DNA from: Takakia lepidozioides
Lineage: Eukaryota; Plantae; Bryophyta
Direction: 5' to 3'
Assembly: GCA_030704615.1 (NCBI GenBank)
Contig: CM060732.1
Location: 71,982,001 to 72,046,000 of the forward strand
DNA length: 64,000 nucleotides
Positions within the stretch are counted from its first letter, which is position 1; each line of letters begins with the position of its first letter. Made by a program: the position numbers and the translations under genes. This document shows positions 36,026 through 46,858 of the stretch, piece after piece. The notes under the pieces were generated by a model, which was not told where the DNA came from, did no database searches, and worked only from the letters and a program-made list of their open reading frames with translations.

Positions 36026-36680
36026 GAGGAGAAGCTTTGGAAGGAGTACGTTAATTCAAACCCCAGTCAATGGTGGGACAAACAAGGCAAAAAGGTGCAT
36101 GCCTGTTATTTTATAGCAAATGTAGATAAGAAGATGAATTAATGGCCATCATCCCTCTCTCCCAACATATTTTTGAAGTCTTGTCAGCAATTCAGCATAG
36201 GAACTAGTGTGTGTACCAAGGTAGGGGTGTGTGGTAAATAGATTTTAGGTTGTCAGTATCAGGTGCTGAGGATCTACACAGTTTTTGTTGTTGTTGAAGC
36301 AGGAATAGAAGACAGGTATGGAGTGTGGCTCCAGATCCATTCGAGAGGGCTACATTTCAAGCACAAGAGTACCAATGAGGCATTGTGGATTAATAGCTAC
36401 AAGAAACCTGCACAGGCAAATGGTCAAGTTGGAAGCAGCAGCAGCAGTACAGTCCGATGTTTGACAAAATCCCTGAATGAGGTTTGATCCCGTATAATAT
36501 ACTGATTGCAGGATATACCAAACAGGGTTGTGGTAGGAATGCCTTGGGCAAATGATGCAGGAAGGGATGATGCCCAACCAGGTCACATTTGTATTATCAA
36601 GGTGTGTGCCTGCCTGGCAGCCCTGGAAAAGGGCAAACATGTCCATGCTGACATTGCGAAAACATGTTTCAATGCACATG
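36026..36680 (+). pseudogene. Decayed gene with an OSB-type PDF motif followed by PLS-PPR motifs
   Basis: EEKLWKEYVNSNPSQWWDKQGKK, GT at 36095, AG at 36333-36334, then IHSRGLHFKHKSTNEALWINS. Followed by LIAGYTKQG and IIKVCACLAALEKGKHVHADI. Confidence 0.7.
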
Positions 36681-37184
36681 GTCAAAACAAGAACATGCCA
36701 CTACTTAGGTTAGCACTTTACCTTGAGCATGTAAGCATGGGTCAAGATCCCATATTTTTTCGAAATAGCCGCACTCACAACACAAAACCACAAACTAGTT
36801 GTGAAGATGAAGACTGCCAGATCCACTGGTAGACAAATCAAGAAACGCTACAAGCATTTGGAACCATACAACCATTTTTCAGGTGATAAAGAAAAATCAC
36901 CACCATACCATATAATTACATCGTCAGTCGACCTAAATCTTACCTTCAAGCAAAGAGATGCTAAGGAAATTGAGAGAGTTATCTACCTGCAAAACACATC
37001 AACAGTGACATGGGTGGAAAACTAGCCACAAACACTCGCGTAATCTTCTTGGTTGCTGGTAGCTTCACTTCTTCCCAGCAAATCCAATAGCAGGCTACAG
37101 CAAGCTCTTGGAAAAGGACTTAGAGGAGTAATTAGTCAACAAATGTCTAATTACTCTCTAAGAAGCTTCCATCCCGCCCTATGC

Positions 37185-37560
37185 TGAGCGTATCCCTGCG
37201 ATCATCACACTACAGGACACCACATTTTGTTCAACCATATTTTCAGACACCCCCTTTGCATCCTTGATGCTCCCACATTTGGAATACATGTCCACCAGGG
37301 TATTGTTCAGAGTTATCTGGTACGCTGCCAGCTTTCTGGGTGTTCGCATGGACCTCTTTGCTATGTTCCAATGTTGCCAGGCTGGCACAAGCATTGCAAA
37401 CACAAACAAGCGTAACCTGGTCAGGCTTTACCCCTTAGTGCACCATTTGCTGATCATTGGTTTCGAAAGCCTCCATTCCACAGGTCCATGCTCTGCATAT
37501 GTTGTGACCATTGCACCCCATGACACCACATTGCGGTTATCTATGCTGTGTCTCCAGTTT
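37185..37560 (-). pseudogene. PLS-class PPR fragment
   Basis: NRNVVSWGAMVTTYAEHG, GVKPDQVT, CASLAALEHSKEVH, NTLVDMYSKCGSIKDA...NVVSCSVMIAG across frameshifts. Confidence 0.85.
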
Positions 37561-38262
37561 TGCAGGATCTAGGATCAAAGGCACGTGGTGGCATTGGCTT
37601 TGTAATTGACACTCGTGCAGGTACTAAATTGGGAATTCTGTGTATATACCGTTGGTATTTTTCCCAATCTGAGGGCTGAAAGTAAGAAGATGAAGCTAAA
37701 TGGGCAAGAAAGCTTTGAAGAGCTCAAATTCATCTCTTATATATCATCAACCTCAGCTACAGTTGATGTTTCAACATTGTGGGGCTACTCTTTGTCACTG
37801 GCACCTAGTCAAATGTGTCTATTTTAGAGGACTATTTCAATATAACCATAGCAGCAATCGGCATGATTGTGGTTTTTAATTTTCTCTTGCAGAGTCTATG
37901 GACAGGCTCATGTTCGAGTCAAACGAGTTCGATCATTGTGATGTCAAAACACTCTCTTTTGATTGTGAGGGGTCAGCATGTGAAGTCACTCCTGGAACAG
38001 ACACTACCTTCAGAGCTACTTGCAAAACTAAGCCCAGTAAAAGGTCGGTCATGTGCACAAAACAGAATGCATGTGAGGTAACTTCATGGATATCTTTTTG
38101 CATAGACACATATTAAGACACACGGCGTGTTACAAGTATTATTCATGTTTCTGTCAAGAATGACTGTTTGATCCTTCGTCTGCAGGTTCAAGCTAGTGAG
38201 GTGCATTCAAATGTTTTCAGATAGCAGAGGCTTGTTTGAAACACAGATAACAACCTCAGTCT

Positions 38263-38710
38263 CTAGTTTGGAAACTCCGCCACCGCAGTCTCAGGAACCC
38301 GCAACTCTATCATTCTTTCGACCATCCATAGCAAGTGCGTTGAATTGACACCAGCCGTGTGCAAATCCTGGCGCTGCATGGCCTCAATCTCATCATGCAG
38401 ACCTCGCACGTCTGGGCTTACATATTCTTCAACAGAGTCTTTCATAGTTTTCAAACTGTGTGCAAATTCCTTGCCCAGGACCAGCTGCACTGTGTCGCGA
38501 GAAGCATGCCCACTAAGAAGCCGTGCACAACAAAAGCATTCACTGTCGCCACATTCTGGTGGGCTATGGGTGGCAGCGTGGACGAGCCCGTTCACCATAT
38601 CCTCAAGCGCATTTTCCTTCACAATCACGAACTCCTAACTCTTAAGGAAGGATGTGTAGTTCTTGAGACTGTTATCTGGAGCTGTCAAAGCAAGCCACTT
38701 AACATCTAAG
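38263..38710 (-). pseudogene. Fragment of a BTB/POZ At3g05675-like family gene (central helical region)
   Basis: EDMVNGL...SLKTMKDSVEEYVSPDVRG.H.E.EA.QR..LHTA..N..HLLWMVERMIELRV.ETAV.E, recognised from memory of the family. Bounded by stops. Confidence 0.65.
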
Positions 38711-38858
38711 CAGGAAGTCTTCGGGTGGCTTCCACAGAGAAGAGATAGAGTACCTTTGGTGTAATGTCTTAGTTAGTCTGTACAGTTACACAGATTGATG
38801 TTCATACTTGGCAGCCAACCTTCAAATCGGAACACCCTCGGGCTGGGGCCTTCCCTTC

Positions 38859-39350
38859 CGTGAAGCACCGTTCAGATTTTTCCTTACAAAGCGTAAGATG
38901 CGTCCGACTAAGCTGGGAGGATCTTACGTGATTCGTAATGCACTGCCGTGAGCATCTCGCAGACGTGGCAGGTTCTGATTGCGTACGAGGAGGCCTGCTA
39001 TTTCCTGTAGCATGTGTCCTTCTTTTCATCTCGTATTTTGCGTCCTTCGTGTGTCCTTTATGATGTGACAGGGCAGAAAGACCTACTCAGAAGGTCACTT
39101 TATGACCTGCTCCATCCTTAGCGATAGTGACATTACGTCCTGTAGCGCACTGGAGCGCGACCTCTACGGGCAGTAGCAGGTCGCTGTGACTGGCGGGAGC
39201 GTCGAGCCACGCACAGCTCCTGCTACAGCCCGTAGCGGCCCGCGCTCCAGTGCGCTACCTAGTACCTAAGATGCGTCTGATGCTGGAGCCTAGTTTCTGC
39301 AATGCGAGGAGCGTCAAATAACAAAGGAAAAATCTGAACGGTGCTTTACG
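38859..39350. mobile_element. About 490-bp MITE with 27-bp TIR and an internal long hairpin
   Basis: CGTGAAGCACCGTTCAGATTTTTCCTT ... AAGGAAAAATCTGAACGGTGCTTTACG (one mismatch). No clear TSD. Confidence 0.75.
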
Positions 39351-39522
39351 AGGTTGTTTTTTTCCTCGTCCTACTTTAATATGAGCTACAGGGCTCTGCC
39401 CCTTTCAGTAAATTTAAACAGGAAAAAGAAAAAAATGGAAAAAAAAAGGAAAAAAACAACTAGGATGAAACAGCAGTGAAAATAATGAAGTCTGAATTCC
39501 AACGTTTCAGTAAATTTTATTT

Positions 39523-39525
<3 letters not shown>

Positions 39526-39558
<33 letters not shown>
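39526..39558. repeat. (AT)n microsatellite
   Basis: Directly visible; flanked by two copies of GGATGAAACAGCAGT...AATGAAGTCTG. Confidence 0.95.
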
Positions 39559-39561
<3 letters not shown>

Positions 39562-40126
39562 GATGAAACAGCAGTTAACGGCAAATGAAGTCTGGATTGC
39601 AACGGAGAGCCTTGAATTAGGCCTAGCAAGATGATAATTCGGATTATGACTAGCTGCAAGAACATATACTCATTCTTAGCTCTCCACAAAGAACTCACTG
39701 CAATGTTAGTTTTGGGACCTTTCTACCTATTCGCTTATCCAAATTGGTCTTGCATGTGCGGGTGCAATCCTAAAGAGATATTCCTGCAGTACGTGTATTG
39801 CCTGAGCTCATTCATACCCGACTGCTATGTTCTTCAATATACATACTCATCATACATGTGTTTCTTACCTTGGTTCAACCAGGTATATTATATACCAGTG
39901 TTGGTCTGGTATCAGGTTTAGGACGTACCAGACTAGTCTATACGATGGTGGATGTATTTTTTCCAGATACTGGTATGAGTATGAGTATCATGACCACAAT
40001 ACCAGCTTGTATGAGATCAATTCTGGTGTCATTCCAAAGTCATCTTGACTTACAAGTTTATCACATATCAAGTTGAAAACAAATACAATAAACATAAAGT
40101 AAATATAAATAAGTACATGTATGTAC

Positions 40127-40814
40127 CAGTGTTGGGCGGGTATTATAGTTTCTAATACCAGCCGGGTCCGGGTATTTGAAAAGAGATTAATTTTCAATAC
40201 CAGCCGGTTCTATAGTATTGAAAGATTCCTTTAATTTTAATACCCGCGGTTCTCAATAGTAGTAAGATTTTTTATTTGTGGATGTGTATCAATAAGAGGG
40301 GTATTCCAATCTAATACCAGCCGATTACCAACCCAGATATAAATAACCACTAAATCATTAATCTGTCCTTAAATGGTTTTCCTTAAAAAAATTAGAAACA
40401 TAGTTGATTTCACAAAGAAATTAGTTGTTATGTTGCAAAATTCAGATTTTGCCTTACATAGTTACGTTGTAGATTTTAGTAAGCAAAGTGAAGCAAACCT
40501 CATAGCACCCTCTTACCCTACCCTAACCCGTGACATCATGTGCACCCGAATTTCCTATCCATACCGTAGTATAGTCCATGTTTTTGCCCATAATACGGGT
40601 ATTGGATGGGTATTACCTTGGCAATATCAGCCGGTCCGGTTATCAACCATATTGCCAATACCAGCGGGTTCGGTTATTAACCATAGTATTATAATAACCA
40701 ATACCAGCCGGTTCGGTTATTAACCATAGTATTACAATAACCAATACCAGCCGGGTCGGTTATTCAATACCCTGGTTGATACCATGCCAGACCCTATATA
40801 CCAGTCCAACACTG
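40127..40814. mobile_element. 688-bp non-autonomous hAT element with 8-bp TSD GTATGTAC, nested in a related older element (about 39896-40977)
   Basis: TIR CAGTGTTGG...CCAACACTG; GTATGTAC at 40119-40126 and 40815-40822. Many ATACCAGCCGG subterminal motifs and a 42-bp tandem at about 40655-40770. Confidence 0.85.
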
Positions 40815-41527
40815 GTATGTACACATAATTTATATAATACACATACCAGGGTAAATGAGGAAGACAGGTACAGGTGTTGTGGCTGGTATGAGGAAACGGC
40901 TACAGCCTGGTCTGGTCGTCTGCTCCCTGATACCAGGGTTGATACCCGGGTCTAATACCCATACCAGACCAACACTTGCATATGCCAGTTCAACGCTGGT
41001 CTGAATGCTGCTTGTGCATTTGCGGTCTAGGTACACCCATAAATCAATAGTCTAGACCCTTCTAGTTCAGAGATACACACATTTTGTTGAAGGAGTCACA
41101 GTAGCATCACGAGTGATTAAGACAAGTAGCATCCACGACTGAGCGACTGAGCTCATCAACGGCGGTAGAGGCAGGCTACAGCATATGATGTAAGATCTGA
41201 TCTTCTACCTTTCGAGCACCCAACAGTTAAAACATGCCAGCCATGGCTGGCATAACCAAGCACTTGCTAAAGCCTTAGAAAAAGCACTTCCCTCTTTGAA
41301 GGGTGGCAACCAAAATTGGCCATCTACTGTACAGGATATATACCTCTAGTATGTTATTGATTTACATCTACTCTTCACATAAATAAGATCTGGAGTCGGT
41401 TCCCAGTCACTGGGACTTCCCATGGATGCCATCAGTTGACTGCTGGTGATCTTCAAGTGTTGCTAACTTCGAAGGAACTGTTTAGTGTGGGTCTTCGTGG
41501 TCGTTGTGGGTATGGAAGAGATGCACA

Positions 41528-44500
41528 TCATTGGACACTGCACGTTTTGGGTACAAAGCCGATGCGCTTGGCGACAGTATCGTACACAACTTGAAAATTT
41601 TGCTGCTGGAGGCTGCCGATAATACTCATGTCGGGTGACTGTGCTATTGACAGACAGTAAGACTGACTACTTTCGAGGTAGATGAAATAGTTGCTTTGAG
41701 GCACCTCCATATCCGCATTGGCAAAGTGGAAGATGAGATTCGGTACTTTGGGTGGTTGAGCTTTTGTACCAGAGAAGCACAAATCAAGGCCCTGGAAGTT
41801 GTTCGCATTCCTTGGATATGAAATTGTGGACGCATTCATCGCACTCAAAACTGCATTGTAGGCACCTTCTGTCAACTGTGTGACGGTGGTACCTGAATCG
41901 AAAATTGTTCCACCACCTCCCACTCGGTCGATGTCGAATGTCCCTGCTGGAATTGCAAGCAATTGACCTCCCACAGTAATTCCTGTGAGTTGCACATAGT
42001 AGTATGTGGGCTTCTTTGGGTTGGTCAGAATGCCAGTGTATTTGACATTGGGTAATGTGGGCACTGCAGCTTCTCCAAAGAGTAAGGGGCTGGTCTGTGT
42101 AGCAGGTGCCTGCCAATCCACTAGACAATAGGAAAATTTTCCCTGGAGGACAGACTTCAGCTGTGAAGGAAAAGAAAGAGAGCCTTGGCCCAAGCCCAAC
42201 AGCCCATCCGCACCAGCAAAGGAGCCTTCGTTATCATGTCCACAGCCGAATGCAAAATTTGAGAGCTGCAAAACAAGATACAAGTGTTCATGCACATGTC
42301 TACTCCAAAAAGTACAAGACATTGCATGAAATACGAAGAGAATCAAGCATGAGTCCAGTGACCAGGAAGTTGAATAGGTAGGTGCCCATTACTACTGTGT
42401 GACTCTACAACATCCCCAGAAATACCCTACTGACACTGCACAGCAAGGGATAGGCTGGGAGAGATATCGAACCACCAATCACAAAGTTCAGTTCATGGTA
42501 TATTGAGCACTAGCATTGTTGTCTCTGAAAAATGCACTATGGTGACGGGACACTAGTACATACCCTCATCCATACCACCACAGCAAAATACTAGCTGTAC
42601 AAAATCTCACAAACAATTCACAGGACTTGTCTACAAGCTTGAGTTTGCAGCTGCTGACTCATCGCACTGTTATGAGAGCACATGGGTCTGGACTACTCTG
42701 CTCACTACCTTTCCACTCCGAGGAATCTGAACAACATGCTTCCACTGGGGTCTTCTGTCATGAAAAGGATCACATGGAAATGACCTTACCTGCTGTGCTT
42801 GCCCGCTTACTGCATCCAGCGTAATGGTATCAAACACAAAGTCGCCAGTTGACAGAGAGCCATCACCATAGGCATACCAGTAGACACAGCCTGTATTGTT
42901 GCACATAGGATAAGGAAGCCCCTGGCACAGTGCACTGTTGCAAGCTAACTGCAGACACCCCAACAACATTTGTAAGATGTTGTGTTAACAACCATACCAA
43001 ACTATAGAATGGAGAGGAAAAACTAGCTCTCCAAGGGACGATCTCTGCTTTACATGTATCAAGACACTTCTTTGGTTCCTACTTCAGCAAGTGTGGGAAT
43101 AAACAGACACCCACAACCGCTGGTGAGGTAAACCTTGCACAATATCCATGGAAGATGATCCATAGAGCCCCTGCTGCGATAATCTGCCTGAAACAACAAC
43201 GCTTGGCAACGTTCCTGAGGCCAGCAGACCGCCAAATACCAGCCTATGACGTAGTACGTGCCGTGGACTAAAAGGTAGACATCGAGCATACTGGCAGCCC
43301 GCTCATGCATAGGATACCCCATATTAGGCTATTTTTTCATGTACAGAGTGGCATATCGAGCTGCAGGAGGAGAGTAATGCCTATGTCAGGTTTGCTCTCC
43401 GAATACACCCAAGGTCGTTAAGGTGAGATCTTGGTTGTCAATCTCAACTGGAGTGCATGTGTGTCGCTGAGACACATAGCATCGCAACATATCTGAGTGG
43501 CGTCTTTGGCCACAAAACACTGACCGTCCGACAGTCAACATTTGCACAAAGGTATGATCGGAAGAGTTATCTCAGCGAAGTCGACGGGAATGCAGAGACG
43601 TACCTTCGTGTATGATGTAGAGTTGTTAGGGCTGAACAGGGAGTCGTTCTGGGGGTAGCACTGTGCGCACGGAGAACATTGTACCCATGTAAGATCGCTG
43701 CCTGTGTCCACGACAACTGAGAAGATCCGTTCAGGTGTGCCGAGTCTTACTGTGGCCAGATACTCGCCCCTTGCTGCAGCGACTGGTGCTTCAAACCCAC
43801 CTGTACAGAAGCATGAGGGAAACACTGTCCATATAAATGTCCTCAGGCAACTTAGGTTAATGGAATGAAAGACGGAGAACGTAAGCCAGCCCTAAGCTTA
43901 TTGGAAAGGGCTGAAAAGGTTGTTAGCAGTAGGCAATTATCGCTGCTGCGCATTAAGTCAAATGGAGGAGAGTACAATCTCTAAGAGGACAAAGTGTTCC
44001 AAAAAGAGAGCAAGAGACAGACATCAAACTTTAGCTCCCTGGGCTGAAGGGCAGGCGTACATCAGAAAGAACAACAAGCATTTCTGAGTCTCGCTAAAAT
44101 GAAGGACCTGGCTCTATGTATACAGACCTGTATAGAATGCCCTTGCATTTTTTCCACATCCCCACAGAACAGCTGAACTGCAAACCTGTCAGTCCTGTTC
44201 TAACGATAAAAAAAATGATGACTGGAACACTAGTTGAAATTGCAGAGGGAAATATAAATTGCATTACCTGCGGCTATGCCACCTCCAGCTCCAGGCCCAC
44301 TTTTGGTTCCACGCACAGGCCTGCCCTTAAGTCGTTGTCGCAGCGCGTTGGCCCGAAGTGAGCTTCTTTGGATTGCACAGTGAAGACGCTCGTGGTCCGG
44401 ACTTCTGCTGGATTGTGGTCCGCAATGCCCTTCTCTCCGCCGAAGCTCCACTTTCACACCTTGACCCCTATGATTGCTACCTCTATGACTATTCCTTCTA

Positions 44501-44703
44501 TGCAAAAGACTACGTCTACCTTCTCCTGTTTGAAACGCACCCGCGTGAGAAGGCAGGCCAACATTGGAGTACAACTTGGCCGCGGGGTGCTGAACTATCA
44601 AGCTAGATTCGTACGTGTTCAAGTCAACTGGAAGAGAATGCGAGACTTGGCAAACGACTGCGTGATATAGCAATGCTACAGAACATATCAACCTCGCTCG
44701 CAT
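41528..44703 (-). CDS. Secreted A1 aspartic protease, nepenthesin-like; exons 44703-44268, 43800-43604, 42948-42790, 42265-41528
   Basis: Signal peptide MRARLICSVALLY..; GEYL..VRLGTP..VVVDTGSDLTWVQC; YGDGS; FAFGCG; GLLGLG; TIFDSGTT; IIGSLQQQNF. Phase-consistent introns. An upstream in-frame ATG is also possible. Confidence 0.95.
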
Positions 44704-45647
44704 TCGTATCACATGACACGCGGATTCATCCTTTATACACCTGCCATGAGTGGCACTCCCCGACATACTTCCCGAGTCAGCGCAGATCTGCTCTTCTGGG
44801 GAGAAAGGAACACAGACGGACAGACAGAACAAAGAACCCTCGTGCCCACAAAAACCCCTAGCTAACAGTTGTGCGGGTGGTTGGCCAACAAGCGAGAAGG
44901 AGACAACTCGTACAACACTTCTACACTCTTCCACTTATCCGTACGACGTTCTCAAAGCACACCTAACTCAGCCCTCTCCACTATACGCTCTCCGTCGTGC
45001 AACCGAGCACATCAAGCTCTCACGATACAAAGTGGATCCACTGGAAGAGCGACCCCTGCATACACTTGAGTGTACATGCGTGCGTGTTGACAGAGAGACC
45101 CTGGAGCAGAAGGCCGAGAGCTGGAACGAGTCCGTGTGCAGCTTGGGTGTGAGCTCCCGATACTAAAGTACAGCGAACCAACGTCACCCCTCCCCACCCC
45201 ACCCCTCCCCACACTCCCCTGCCCTGTAGCTACATGCAGGGCCTCGTCTGATGCGAGCTCGATGCAAGCACGCGAGAGAGAAGGCAGTTATGGCAGCGCG
45301 ATGTGGAGGCTGCCGTGACAGACCCCGCCTTAATGCGCGTGCGGACAATGTTTATGATCCCCACCGCGTTACGCGCTTATCACGTTCGGCACCCCCGACC
45401 CTAATCTCTTTCCTCGTCTCCATTCCCTCACATGGATGAGAAATACATTCATCCAGATCCTGGCTACAGCACAGCTGGCTATAGCCTGCATGGCTAACAC
45501 CTGGCTAAACTCCCTGCGCCCTAATTAGTCACTACACGTTGCTCAATACTCACTACACGCTGTGACTCACCACTCACTAGTGACTAACCCATATCACCGC
45601 CCAAATCTGCCACGTGTAAGGGATCAGAAGTACACTTTATGTAGGTA

Positions 45648-45760
45648 GGCAGGAATGTAGGTACCGACCGTCGGTACCTATATTCCTGCCTTACCAAGGC
45701 AGGCTGGAATGTAGGTACCGACCGTCGGTACCTATATTCCTGCCTTACCAAGGCAGGCTG
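45648..45760. repeat. 54-bp tandem duplication, each unit a near-perfect palindrome
   Basis: GGCAGGAATGTAGGTACCGAC-C-GTCGGTACCTATATTCCTGCC; GGAATGTAGG starts at 45652 and 45706. Confidence 0.9.
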
Positions 45761-46629
45761 TGTAGGTAGGAGGTACGTGAACAGTGCATGGAGTAAATAG
45801 GGCGTGTCAGAGTTTTCGGACACTTGTTGTCTCTGCATTGAGGGTATCGTTTTAGATTTCTGGCTTATTTTTAGGCCGGGAGATATTTGTCAGGGGCTGA
45901 TTTGTCTTGTAGGTATTCTAAGACTAAATTTGAAGGCCGCATTTAATCCGACTAAGAGTACCGTGTATGATAATAAACCGTGGTGGATGAGAAATTGTGA
46001 CGACCATATCGTTACATAATCTACGGTGCTAATAATATTGTATTGTCAGGCCCTGATTTATCTCTTATTCTAAAATTTGCAAGAAAACTGTTCGCCTCAT
46101 TTAATGGAATTTTTCCCAACAAAAATTAAAATATGCCATAGCGTGACTGAGCTTAGTACAGAATATCATTTCAGAACAAAAGAACGTTGAACGGCAATAA
46201 TCACCCAATAAAAGGAAAAACTTGATGCCGTAAATTAAAAAAATGTGTGTGGAAATTTGTAGCTGTGGTAATCGGTAATCTAGGTTTGCGGTGTGGGTCC
46301 GGGCCTAAGAACGGGTTCGACATGTGAAGCCCGTGATGTTTGCCCCGCCCGGCCCGACCCGACCCGTCCTGCCTCGCGCGCAAGCTTTCAGGTCCGCCAC
46401 CTACTTTGACTTGGGTTTGCCCATGCTACCGTAGTTGACCTGCACCCCAGGTGTGGCACGTGCCAGAAGCCATTCTGCGTCATTAGGGTGTGGGCAAAAC
46501 AATGGAGATTAAACCGTCATCATACGCTGCACTTACTACACTCTACCTCTGCTCATTGCTGTGCCCAACTAAATTGCTAAAATAATCATGCTCCCTTAAT
46601 TTACAATTTACAAGGATGAATGAACACCT

Positions 46630-46858
46630 GCGGTTGGTACCTCAGTTGGATAAGTGCGTTGTGCATGTCACCCTGGTGGTTCAGGGTTCAAATCCTGCTA
46701 CTAAGTCCTGACCGGTTGGTCTGGGGGTTATCTCGTTATTTCCTCCCGTGTGTTCAATGGCTTATCTGAAAGGGGTTTCATTTTCCCCCCCCTCCTCAAG
46801 GGCCTAAACTGTGAGCAGTTGCTCCTAGGTTCCTTTAGAAAAAAAACCAAATAAAAAG
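46630..46858 (+). mobile_element. tRNA-derived SINE
   Basis: A-box-like TACCTCAGTTGG (46638), B-box GGTTCAAATCC (46685), unrelated body and A-rich tail. No proper acceptor stem. Confidence 0.65.

Noticed and set aside
46630-46705. Functional tRNA gene
   Set aside because: No 7-bp acceptor stem; it continues into a SINE-like body and A-rich tail.
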